A stretch of 63,884 bases of DNA, filler included, from Eubacteriales bacterium (GTDB taxonomy: Bacteria; Bacillota; Clostridia; Oscillospirales; CAG-382), in assembly GCA_045636665.1 (NCBI GenBank). It is 7 parts of 7 records of this genome, joined end to end, with 100 filler letters (N's around TTAATTAATTAA, not from the genome) between each part and the next. Parts side by side here need not be neighbours in the genome. Positions count along the whole stretch, not along the records: positions 33,022 to 46,061 come from JAZTXY010000029.1; positions 46,162 to 55,204 come from JAZTXY010000030.1; 5 more parts are not named here. One strand, given 5' to 3'. Positions 38,725-46,196 of the stretch are shown here, in pieces. Numbering within the stretch: the stretch's first letter is position 1; each line of letters begins with the position of its first letter. Under the pieces are notes generated by a model. The model was given only the letters and a program-made list of their open reading frames with translations. It searched no databases and was not told where the DNA came from. A program made the position numbers and the translations under genes.

Positions 38725-39399
38725 ATGTTCAGCTTCGGCAATTCTTGGGATGCCTTAATGGCTCCCGAAGCAGAAAAGGAATATTATAAAAAGCTGCGCC
38801 AGTTCTTAAAAGCCGAGTATTTAAAATCGGGCGTTCCGATATATCCCGAAATGAATAATATCTTCAACGCCTTTAAATATACCGATTATAACGACGTACG
38901 CGCGGTCATTATCGGTCAAGACCCCTACCACGGCGCAGGTCAGGCGCACGGGCTTTGCTTTTCGGTGAAAAAGGGTGTTCAAAAGCCGCCGAGTCTTGTT
39001 AACATCTTCAAAGAAATCGAAAGCGATTTAGGCATTACCCCTCCCAACCACGGCGAGCTTACCGATTGGGCAAAGGGAGGCGTTATGCTTTTAAACGCAG
39101 TTCTTACCGTACGCGACGGGTCGGCAGGAAGCCACCGCGCAAAGGGCTGGGAAACCTTTACCGACCGCGCGATAACGCTTCTTAACGAACGCGAAGAGCC
39201 TATCGTTTTTCTCCTTTGGGGCGGTTACGCAAGAGCAAAAAAGGCGCTTATCACAAACAAACGCCATCTTATACTCGAATGTGCACATCCGAGTCCGCTT
39301 TCGGCATATAACGGCTTTTTCGGTTGCAAGCACTTTTCGAAATGCAACGAATTTCTGCGTTCGATCGGCAAGGAAGAAATAAATTGGGAAATCAAATAA
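38725..39399 (+). CDS. ung: Uracil-DNA glycosylase family 1
   Basis: GQDPYH, AHGLCFS, PPSL.NI, LLNAVLTV, HPSPLS. Confidence 0.98.
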   Translation: MFSFGNSWDALMAPEAEKEYYKKLRQFLKAEYLKSGVPIYPEMNNIFNAFKYTDYNDVRAVIIGQDPYHGAGQAHGLCFSVKKGVQKPPSLVNIFKEIESDLGITPPNHGELTDWAKGGVMLLNAVLTVRDGSAGSHRAKGWETFTDRAITLLNEREEPIVFLLWGGYARAKKALITNKRHLILECAHPSPLSAYNGFFGCKHFSKCNEFLRSIGKEEINWEIK

Positions 39400-39420
39400 A
39401 TTCAAAAGGCACTCGATTGA
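39376..39420 (+). repeat. 45-bp direct repeat, copy 1 (ung 3' end plus left half of terminator)
   Basis: GAAATAAATTGGGAAATCAAATAAATTCAAAAGGCACTCGATTGA, identical to 42465-42509. Confidence 0.95.
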
Positions 39421-39600
39421 CGCACCTGCCGTAGAGCAGGCGCGCAGTTATGATCGCCTGCGGCGAGTTTAGAGTTATGATTGCCCTCGGCAAGTTATGG
39501 CTTGAAGCAACAAGGCGATCATATCATAACGTTTACAGAGCAAGCTCATAACGGTGAGCGTAAGCGAACCTCATAACTCATAACTCATAACTAAACAAAT
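39421..39600. repeat. Heptamer-based palindromic element (AGTTATG / TCATAAC) with embedded small hairpins
   Basis: Three AGTTATG copies on the left and five TCATAAC copies on the right (three in tandem); hairpins TCGCC-TGC-GGCGA and TTGCC-CTC-GGCAA. Confidence 0.75.
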
Positions 39601-39615
39601 GCAGTGCTTGTTAAG

Positions 39616-39657
39616 AAAAAAAGGATAGAGAACGTAAAATTTCTCTATCCTTTTCTT
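39616..39657. terminator. Bidirectional terminator
   Basis: AAAAGGATAGAGAA...TTCTCTATCCTTTT. Confidence 0.8.
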
Positions 39658-39718
39658 ATTGGTTGGTTTATACTGCTATATCGCAGGCTCACCTCGAGTG
39701 CCTTTTTTGTTGCTTTAT

Positions 39719-42187
39719 TTATTTGTATTCAACAAGCTCGACTGTATATCCTGCTTCCGCAAGCTTGAACACAAGACCGCCATCCTCGTTGAGAAGATGC
39801 GCAAGACCTACCGCATAGAAAACGGTTTCGCCGCTTTCGAGGTATTCCTTTGCCTTTTCGAGCATAAGCGCATCGCGGTCCTCCTGAAGCGCCTTCATAT
39901 ATTCCTCGTACGCTTTGACCTCGTTAGCGGTCATATCGCTCGTATCATATTCCTCGTTGAGGAGGGCGAAGAGCGATTCATAATCGCCGCCGCACCAAAG
40001 GTTAAACATCTCCATCGTATCCGAATACGCGACGTTTCTAGAGCCGTATACCTCCCAAAGGAGATTAAGCTCGTGTACCGCATCGGAATAATCGATATCC
40101 ATTGTATACTGACGGTATCTGTCTTCGATCTCATATACCTTGATATTCTTTTCCTTGGCAATACCAAGCAATCTTCTGTCAACGCCCTTGTTGTAATAAA
40201 CTCCGAGAGAGTGTGCCGAGCTCAAATTTTCAAACAGGCCGTACCAATAATTAGGTCGGAATTGCTCGCATAAAGAGGACAAATAATCTCCGTAAAAGCC
40301 CATACCGAGACGCCTTGCGCGCTCAACGGTATCGCGGTAAAGCTTTTCGTCAATATGCTTCTTCATCGTGTCGGATTCGCCGTCGTAATAATACGCTTTT
40401 CTGTAAAGATCGAAAAGCTCGTCGTTATCCTCGTCATCTAAATCCTCTCCGAGTGCTATCGTGTCGATCTCGACAGCAAGCGCGTCGGATGAACCGAGCG
40501 CCTCATATATCTCGTCGGGAAGATATGCCGTGCGGTTGTCGCCGACGTGTATCGTTCCCAAAAGCCACATAGTCTTTCCGTTTGCATCGGTAACCTTATA
40601 GAACAAGGGCTTTGCCTTTTCCTCATTCTCGGGCTCGGTATCAAAATCGGGGTGATGCTTTTCCGCAATGTCAAAATAAATATCGGGCGAAGCTGGGGAA
40701 ATACGGCAGATGCTTTCAACGCCTATTTCAAAATCGGAACCCTGAAGCTCCTTGATATCGGTCTCGTGCAAAGCAGAAAAATCAAAATTTACTGCGACCG
40801 GCAAACAGGTATCAACGTCAACGGTTATCATATATTCAGCCTGTTCGACGCTATAGCCGTTGAAATACATATCTATAAGCTCGGTGTCGGAATCGAGATA
40901 ATCACATATATGTTTGTAAGCGATCTTGCCGTATTCACGGTTGCATTGCACGGTAACAGTTATATATCCGTCGCCCATTTCATAAGCGAGCTCGCTTATA
41001 TGTGAAAGCTCGGGCGCGAACACAGTGCGGTCCTCCGCAGAAACTTCGATGTATTTTTCGATCTCACTGTCGGACATATCGACCGAGGATTCCTTGTTTT
41101 CAGCCTTGACCGTTTTTTTGCCGTCGATTATGGTGGCTTCGTGGATTATGTTATAAATATCGAAATCGCGTTTATTGGGATTATATATCTGACGCATTTT
41201 ACGGAAGAACTTCGATTCGGCAAACTCTCCGTTATAGTTGAAATAATACGTCTGTGTCGAGTTTTCTTCGAAATTGGATGTTATCTGATCGAGCCATAAC
41301 GAATCACGGGTAAGATTGTAAACGCTCAAATTTTCAAGATTCACAATCGCTTTGTCAAGGATCATCACCGCATCAACATCGTCAACCTCGGTATAGTTGC
41401 GAACGTCTTCCGGAGGCTCGATTACCGGTAACTCATCTTCTGCGTACGGCGCATAGGTAACCTTGTAAACCGTTTCGTAAAGAACTGCTCCCTGATTATA
41501 GGCGACGGTATATTCGTAACCGCTTATCATACCCTCCGCATCAAGATAAACCTCCGCCTCGGCGGAAACGAGCACGGCATATTCGTAAGCGATCCATTCT
41601 TCAACGTCCTTGGGTTCAGAAAACAGAAGCACTTTTTCATCCTTATCAACGCTTTCGGGCGAAACGGTTATTTTGCCGTAAAGCTCGGGATCGAGGAAAT
41701 AAGCCACTGTATCGTCGGTCTGCTCGGAGCAGAATTTTTGTTCCTTATAAACGAGATAATCAACCTCGTCGATGGAGGTAAGGCGGTATTTTGCGATATC
41801 GTCGCCTCCGAAATTATATGTTGCCGTGGTGAGCACCGACGGGTCTTTGCTGCCGTAGCCAAGATATTTAGCCGTACCTTCAAAGGTTTCCGTCTGATTT
41901 TCGGTGCCGAAGCTGCGCTTCGTTTCAATTTCGATGCCGGCCTCAAAATTTTCTATCTTTTCAAAGGCGGCAAGTGCATTTTCATACGGCTCGCGTCCGT
42001 CAACCTCAACAACCTCGGATACCTCCTCCGAGCTTTCGGTTTGCGATTCGACGGATGCTTCGGTCGATTCGGCAGAGGGTTGGGATGATGCATTCGACAC
42101 ACCGAGAGCGCCGTCCTTGCAACCGCTCAAAAAAGAAAACAAGAGCAACAAGGACAGTAGAACTGCAACGATTCGGATCTTTTTCAT
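39719..42187 (-). CDS. Lipoprotein with C-terminal TraB/GumN (Tiki-like) domain
   Basis: Lipobox LSGC, S/E-rich linker, acidic middle region, PLFYKV..MWLLGTIHVG, GVD, EDRD..M, FYAVGLAHL; start at ATG 42187. Confidence 0.85.
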   Translation of the reverse strand: MKKIRIVAVLLSLLLLFSFLSGCKDGALGVSNASSQPSAESTEASVESQTESSEEVSEVVEVDGREPYENALAAFEKIENFEAGIEIETKRSFGTENQTETFEGTAKYLGYGSKDPSVLTTATYNFGGDDIAKYRLTSIDEVDYLVYKEQKFCSEQTDDTVAYFLDPELYGKITVSPESVDKDEKVLLFSEPKDVEEWIAYEYAVLVSAEAEVYLDAEGMISGYEYTVAYNQGAVLYETVYKVTYAPYAEDELPVIEPPEDVRNYTEVDDVDAVMILDKAIVNLENLSVYNLTRDSLWLDQITSNFEENSTQTYYFNYNGEFAESKFFRKMRQIYNPNKRDFDIYNIIHEATIIDGKKTVKAENKESSVDMSDSEIEKYIEVSAEDRTVFAPELSHISELAYEMGDGYITVTVQCNREYGKIAYKHICDYLDSDTELIDMYFNGYSVEQAEYMITVDVDTCLPVAVNFDFSALHETDIKELQGSDFEIGVESICRISPASPDIYFDIAEKHHPDFDTEPENEEKAKPLFYKVTDANGKTMWLLGTIHVGDNRTAYLPDEIYEALGSSDALAVEIDTIALGEDLDDEDNDELFDLYRKAYYYDGESDTMKKHIDEKLYRDTVERARRLGMGFYGDYLSSLCEQFRPNYWYGLFENLSSAHSLGVYYNKGVDRRLLGIAKEKNIKVYEIEDRYRQYTMDIDYSDAVHELNLLWEVYGSRNVAYSDTMEMFNLWCGGDYESLFALLNEEYDTSDMTANEVKAYEEYMKALQEDRDALMLEKAKEYLESGETVFYAVGLAHLLNEDGGLVFKLAEAGYTVELVEYK

Positions 42188-42252
42188 AAAACACATCCCC
42201 CTTTGGATTATAAAGTAAGTTCAAAATATTAAGCGCATTTCGCTTGCACTTT

Positions 42253-42281
42253 ATTATACTAAAATGTTACATCACCGTCAA
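42253..42281 (-). promoter_or_regulatory. Sigma-A promoter of the TraB-family gene
   Basis: TTGACG-17 bp-TATAAT. Confidence 0.75.
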
Positions 42282-42394
42282 TCGTCGATTGCACTAAACA
42301 AACGGCGGTTTTTTTGTGCAATATGCGGGTTTTATGTGTGAAAATTCAAGCAAAAACAAGAAGACCAACGCAAGGATAAGCAACGAAAATACTA

Positions 42395-42457
42395 TTATGG
42401 CAAAGAAGGATATTTTTTGTAAAATTCTTCGATTGCGTTCATAGCGCGTTGATTCGG
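42395..42457 (-). pseudogene. Orphan 3' end of a diverged DUF4153 gene allele
   Basis: Reads PNQRAMNAIEEFYKKYPSLP-stop versus PNQRAMNAIEEFYDEYPLETEIQ in 43173-44810; 42419-42457 matches 43206-43244 at 37/39 nt. Confidence 0.85.
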
Positions 42458-42464
42458 CAAACAG

Positions 42465-42509
42465 GAAATAAATTGGGAAATCAAATAAATTCAAAAGGCA
42501 CTCGATTGA
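42465..42509 (+). repeat. 45-bp direct repeat, copy 2 (orphan ung 3' end)
   Basis: Identical to 39376-39420; preceded by GGC AAA CAG (G-K-Q) where ung has GGC AAG GAA (G-K-E). Confidence 0.95.
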
Positions 42510-42517
42510 GTGCCTTT
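42493..42517. terminator. Intact bidirectional terminator
   Basis: AAAGGCACTC-GATT-GAGTGCCTTT. Confidence 0.85.
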
Positions 42518-42526
42518 GTTAGTTTT

Positions 42527-43105
42527 TTACTTTTCGCAAAGCGCAAAGCTTGTAGTTCTCATATTAAGACGTATCAACGATTTTACCGTGCCGTCGTACG
42601 CAATCTCAAGAAGAAATGACGTTTGATCGGCGTATTGGATCAGACAATAATAGATATCGTCAACCAAGAGCACTTCACCGACCTCACAGATATCGTTCGC
42701 AACGGAATCTACGTTTTCATCCTTCAGCTGATACATCCAATATCTCAGGTCGGAAAGCTTCGGTTCGTATTCGAGATTATATTCGAGATTTGCCGTTTCG
42801 ACCTGCTTCAAGCCGTAATCATCGTCATTTTCCGATTCAAACATAACGTCGGACAGCGTACCGTCGGGGAACAGATAGGTATACGAGCGTTCATACGGCC
42901 CGATATGAAATCCGAACAGATCGATCCCGTTTTCCATCTCGCTTCGGTTCAACCTATAGGTGTATTCCGAAGCATGCCCTTCCGCGCGGTAGATCACTTT
43001 GGTTCCGTAGCCGTCATAGCTTACTTCGTTGTCGATACAACCGCCAAGCGAAACGAGCAGAAATGCGCCGAGGAGCAGAATAATCACAATTTTAAAGTAT
43101 TTCAT
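42527..43105 (-). CDS. Hypothetical lipoprotein
   Basis: MKYFK plus hydrophobic stretch and LGGC lipobox; GGAG RBS; no family recognised. Confidence 0.75.
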   Translation of the reverse strand: MKYFKIVIILLLGAFLLVSLGGCIDNEVSYDGYGTKVIYRAEGHASEYTYRLNRSEMENGIDLFGFHIGPYERSYTYLFPDGTLSDVMFESENDDDYGLKQVETANLEYNLEYEPKLSDLRYWMYQLKDENVDSVANDICEVGEVLLVDDIYYCLIQYADQTSFLLEIAYDGTVKSLIRLNMRTTSFALCEK

Positions 43106-43172
43106 AATTTATCTCCACAAGGTTGCAGCGTTGCGATTACAGAACTTTACGCTTTTCAATAGGAAACAAATC

Positions 43173-44810
43173 TTACTGTATTTCCGTTTCCAACGGATAT
43201 TCATCGTAAAATTCCTCGATTGCGTTCATGGCGCGTTGATTCGGGAAGGAGAACGAGAAAACGTCGTTTTGACGTTCAAGACGCTTCTTTTCATTGAGCA
43301 ATTTGCTGTTAAGTCGAGTATATCCGTAGGTTTCGGTTTTGCCGTTTTCTTGGCAGTGCTTCATCAATTTTGCGATTGCAGGAACCGCAGAGGTGTCGGC
43401 GTTTATAAGCGCCTTCAAATCGATTTCCTCGGTCTTGCCCGAAACATAGCGTTCGACGTTATAGTTTGCGATAAGCGAGCTGTAATCGGAAATTACCAAA
43501 ACACCGCACATAAGCGCAACCGCAACCGTAGAAACGGCAAACAACCGGAATTTTTTGAAAAAGCTGCGAATGACTATGAACACGAAAATCAAAGCGATCA
43601 CAACCATAAGCCAAGAGGAAAGAAGACGCTTTTCGGTAAGCCCGAAACGGTCGATATAAAGATACATTTTCGCAAGCGCGGTGCCGATAAGGACAAGCGT
43701 CATTATCGAAAACAGCGCCGAAACCACACGTAAAAACAGCTTTTCGCCGTTGCCGTTTCTGCGTGTGAAAAGCGCAACGGCAATGATTATCACAAGGTTT
43801 ATTGCCGAAACGGTGCAAAGCTCGAAAAATCCGCTTCTTGCATATTCGGCATAGTTAACGACACCCTCGGGTAATTTTCCGGTAAATGCCGAAAGGTAAT
43901 AATCCCATTGCGAAACGAAGAAGAAAACATAAACGACTGCGAGAGGAAACAGAGTTGCGCAAACGGTAAGAATGGGTGCAAAGCGCACACGCTCGGATTT
44001 TTCACGCATTGCTTCGCAATCAAGCGGCTTGCGGTCGGACGTATTGATTGCATATATACCGAATATATACATCGCAATCACACAGCCGAAGCTTACGTAA
44101 AGAAGCTGCTCGCGGAAATCGAAATCGATGATAAAGGAAAACGCATTTCTCAGCAATTCCGAAAATCTGCCGTCATAAGAAAGCAAGGAAATAACGATTG
44201 CGGTGGGGATAACCGCGGCGATAAGTCCGATGAGGATTTTAAGAAGCGCCTTAAAGCTTCTGTTTTTGCGTGTGAACATCAAGCGGAACATATCGGCAAT
44301 CGAATAAATCGAAAAGCCCTTTAACGCTCGCAAAAGCTCAAGCGGTAAAAAGTCCGCGTTACCCTTAGAAAGTCTGTTTCCGCTTGCGCGGTAGACGAAA
44401 AACGCATAGGAAAGCAGAGCGCAAGCCAACGAAATAAACATCGGGAAGGTGTTGGTATTCAGCAAGAACGCAAATGAAAACGCAAGCGACAATAATGCCA
44501 AAAACCATTCAAGCGGGCCGATTTTCGCTTTGTTTCTAATAAGCGTCAAAACCGTAGTTACAACACAAATAAACGCTACGATAAAGGTGCCCAAGGGGAA
44601 TTCTGTCGGCGGAAACGCACAGCAGAACAAATAACCGATAAGTAAGCAAAGCCACGCGAAGACGCATTCGAACGCACCGTAATCGCGTAAGTCGGTTATC
44701 GCGATATTATTGTTTTGTTCGGAAACATTGTTTTGCTCGGGGATATTGTTTTGTTCGGGAATATTGTTTTGTTCGGGGGACTCGTGATTTTGAAAATTAA
44801 CTTCGTTCAT
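43173..44810 (-). CDS. DUF4153/DUF4173 family membrane protein
   Basis: Multi-TM; YAEYARSGFFEL, MYLYIDRFGLTEKR, ANYNV..Y...IDL; follows a DUF2975/HTH pair. Confidence 0.85.
   Translation of the reverse strand: MNEVNFQNHESPEQNNIPEQNNIPEQNNVSEQNNNIAITDLRDYGAFECVFAWLCLLIGYLFCCAFPPTEFPLGTFIVAFICVVTTVLTLIRNKAKIGPLEWFLALLSLAFSFAFLLNTNTFPMFISLACALLSYAFFVYRASGNRLSKGNADFLPLELLRALKGFSIYSIADMFRLMFTRKNRSFKALLKILIGLIAAVIPTAIVISLLSYDGRFSELLRNAFSFIIDFDFREQLLYVSFGCVIAMYIFGIYAINTSDRKPLDCEAMREKSERVRFAPILTVCATLFPLAVVYVFFFVSQWDYYLSAFTGKLPEGVVNYAEYARSGFFELCTVSAINLVIIIAVALFTRRNGNGEKLFLRVVSALFSIMTLVLIGTALAKMYLYIDRFGLTEKRLLSSWLMVVIALIFVFIVIRSFFKKFRLFAVSTVAVALMCGVLVISDYSSLIANYNVERYVSGKTEEIDLKALINADTSAVPAIAKLMKHCQENGKTETYGYTRLNSKLLNEKKRLERQNDVFSFSFPNQRAMNAIEEFYDEYPLETEIQ
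44709..44777 (-). repeat. Four 18-bp in-frame tandem repeats (PEQNNI)
   Basis: ATTGTTTTG(T/C)TCGG recurs with period 18 at 44709, 44727, 44745 and 44763. Confidence 0.9.
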
Positions 44811-44831
44811 AGAAAACTCTCCTTTGTTAAA

Positions 44832-45035
44832 TCAGTCTTCTCGGTATTCGATAATGTCCTCCACCCTACAGTCGAGTGCCTTACAAAGCGATTCAAGGGT
44901 CGAAAATCTGATCGCCTTTGCTTTGTTGTTTTTCAGTACCGAAAGGTTGGCAAGCGTTATGCCGACCGATTCCGAAAGCTCGTTAAGCGACATTTTACGT
45001 TTTGCCATCATAACGTCAAGATTAATAACGATCAA
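44832..45035 (-). CDS. Cro/C1-type HTH regulator (YozG-like)
   Basis: INLDVMMAKRKMSLNELSE.VGIT.ANLS.LKNNKAKAIRFSTL; TTG start after GGAGG. Confidence 0.9.
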   Translation of the reverse strand: MIVINLDVMMAKRKMSLNELSESVGITLANLSVLKNNKAKAIRFSTLESLCKALDCRVEDIIEYRED

Positions 45036-45048
45036 TCTGCTACCTCCT

Positions 45049-45516
45049 TTATACCGTGAGGTCATTTTCATTTTTAAGCTCGTTTGCGTGCTCAAGAACG
45101 TTTTTGACAACACGCAAGCAAAGCCCCAAAAATCCTGCCGCCAGTGTTAATATGTACGACATATGGAAATAATAAACCACCGCAAGGCAGATTACCGCAA
45201 TAAACATACAGCTCCAAGAAAGAAAGCGGATAAGCGAAACGGTCAGCGAGGTAAACACCAATCCGTTACGCACTCGGCGCAATATCGCCATAAGCGCGCC
45301 GCAGCAGACCGCCGCGGTAAGCATAAGAAGATAAAACCATATCCAGAAAACACAATTTGCATCCTTTTCGTCAAAATATGCCTTGACGCCCATCATTAAC
45401 GGCGCTTTTTCGATAACCAAAGGCATCACAATCGCAAAAAAGAGAATTATTGCAAGCAACGCGATTACAAGTATCAACGAAAGAACCGTCGATGCGGATT
45501 TTGAAATTTTGGGCAT
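45049..45516 (-). CDS. DUF2975 family membrane protein
   Basis: Four TM segments, C-terminal A.ELKNENDLTV, adjacent to a YozG-like HTH. Confidence 0.88.
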   Translation of the reverse strand: MPKISKSASTVLSLILVIALLAIILFFAIVMPLVIEKAPLMMGVKAYFDEKDANCVFWIWFYLLMLTAAVCCGALMAILRRVRNGLVFTSLTVSLIRFLSWSCMFIAVICLAVVYYFHMSYILTLAAGFLGLCLRVVKNVLEHANELKNENDLTV

Positions 45517-45549
45517 AACGACCTCCGAATTCGTTTTGTTTATGCCATC

Positions 45550-45603
45550 ATAATAACACGATAAAATTCGTTTGTCAATATATTTTTATCGTTTTTCGAT
45601 AAA
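45550..45603 (-). promoter_or_regulatory. Promoter and candidate operator of the DUF2975-HTH-DUF4153 operon
   Basis: TTGACA-17 bp-TATTAT (45578-45550); palindrome TTTATCG-N5-CGATAAA (45585-45603) with an extra CGATAAA half-site in the spacer. Confidence 0.65.
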
Positions 45604-45611
45604 TTTTTATC

Positions 45612-45647
45612 AAAAAACAGACACAGCGTTATTTTGCCGTGTCTGTT
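45612..45647 (-). terminator. Probable terminator
   Basis: AACAGACAC...GTGTCTGTT with a T run on the minus strand. Confidence 0.65.
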
Positions 45648-45653
45648 ACGTTT

Positions 45654-46061
45654 TTATTTGAAGTATCTTTCGCCCGAAAATTTAAGTCTTCCCGATTTGC
45701 TTTTTAACAGCTCAACAAGGTCCTTGTTATCGCGTATTCTGCGGTCAAATTCAAGACCTGCGTTGGGGAAATTCGCAAGGTGAGAGTCCAAATGCAAATC
45801 GTTTCCCGCGGTGTGGGCAAGTCCCAACTCCCCACATAGCGCCTGCGCGCGCTCGTCCTCAACCTCGCGGTTTGCGCTGTTGTATATCTCAAGGGCGTCA
45901 ACGTAGGATAGGTCCATTAAAAAGTTACCCTTGGGAATATATCCCCTTTCACGAAAAGGGTGCGCGTGGGAAACAAAGCCGCCGTATTTATGCACACGGT
46001 CGCAAAGCTCTGTGACAGGAATCTCGCACATATCGGGATTTTCAACCAAAAAATCGTAATC
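45654..46061 (-). CDS. C-terminal part of a PHP-domain phosphoesterase (partial)
   Basis: GGFVSHAHPFR, DALEIYN, AGNDLH. Confidence 0.8.
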   Translation of the reverse strand, partial: DYDFLVENPDMCEIPVTELCDRVHKYGGFVSHAHPFRERGYIPKGNFLMDLSYVDALEIYNSANREVEDERAQALCGELGLAHTAGNDLHLDSHLANFPNAGLEFDRRIRDNKDLVELLKSKSGRLKFSGERYFK

Positions 46062-46161
46062 NNNNNNNNNNNNNNNNNNNNNNNNNNNNNNNNNNNNNNN
46101 NNNNNTTAATTAATTAANNNNNNNNNNNNNNNNNNNNNNNNNNNNNNNNNNNNNNNNNNNN
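46062..46161. other. Artificial contig linker
   Basis: N44-TTAATTAATTAA-N44. Confidence 0.98.
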
Positions 46162-46196
46162 TTGGCTCACAGAACGACATGGCTACGATCCGACTT
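46162..46196 (-). other. MGI/BGI DNBSEQ sequencing adapter remnant
   Basis: Reverse complement is AAGTCGGATCGTAGCCATGTCGTTCTGTGAGCCAA, the MGI read-2 adapter as I recall it; located exactly at a contig end. Confidence 0.92.

Noticed and set aside
39421..39600. Possible CRISPR array
   Set aside because: Repeat units are 7 bp, inverted and irregularly spaced; no 25-40 bp repeats with spacers and no cas genes.
42294..42494. 66-aa hydrophobic ORF
   Set aside because: It begins inside the duplicated ung end, crosses the chimeric junction and has no RBS; likely incidental, though a remnant membrane anchor cannot be excluded.
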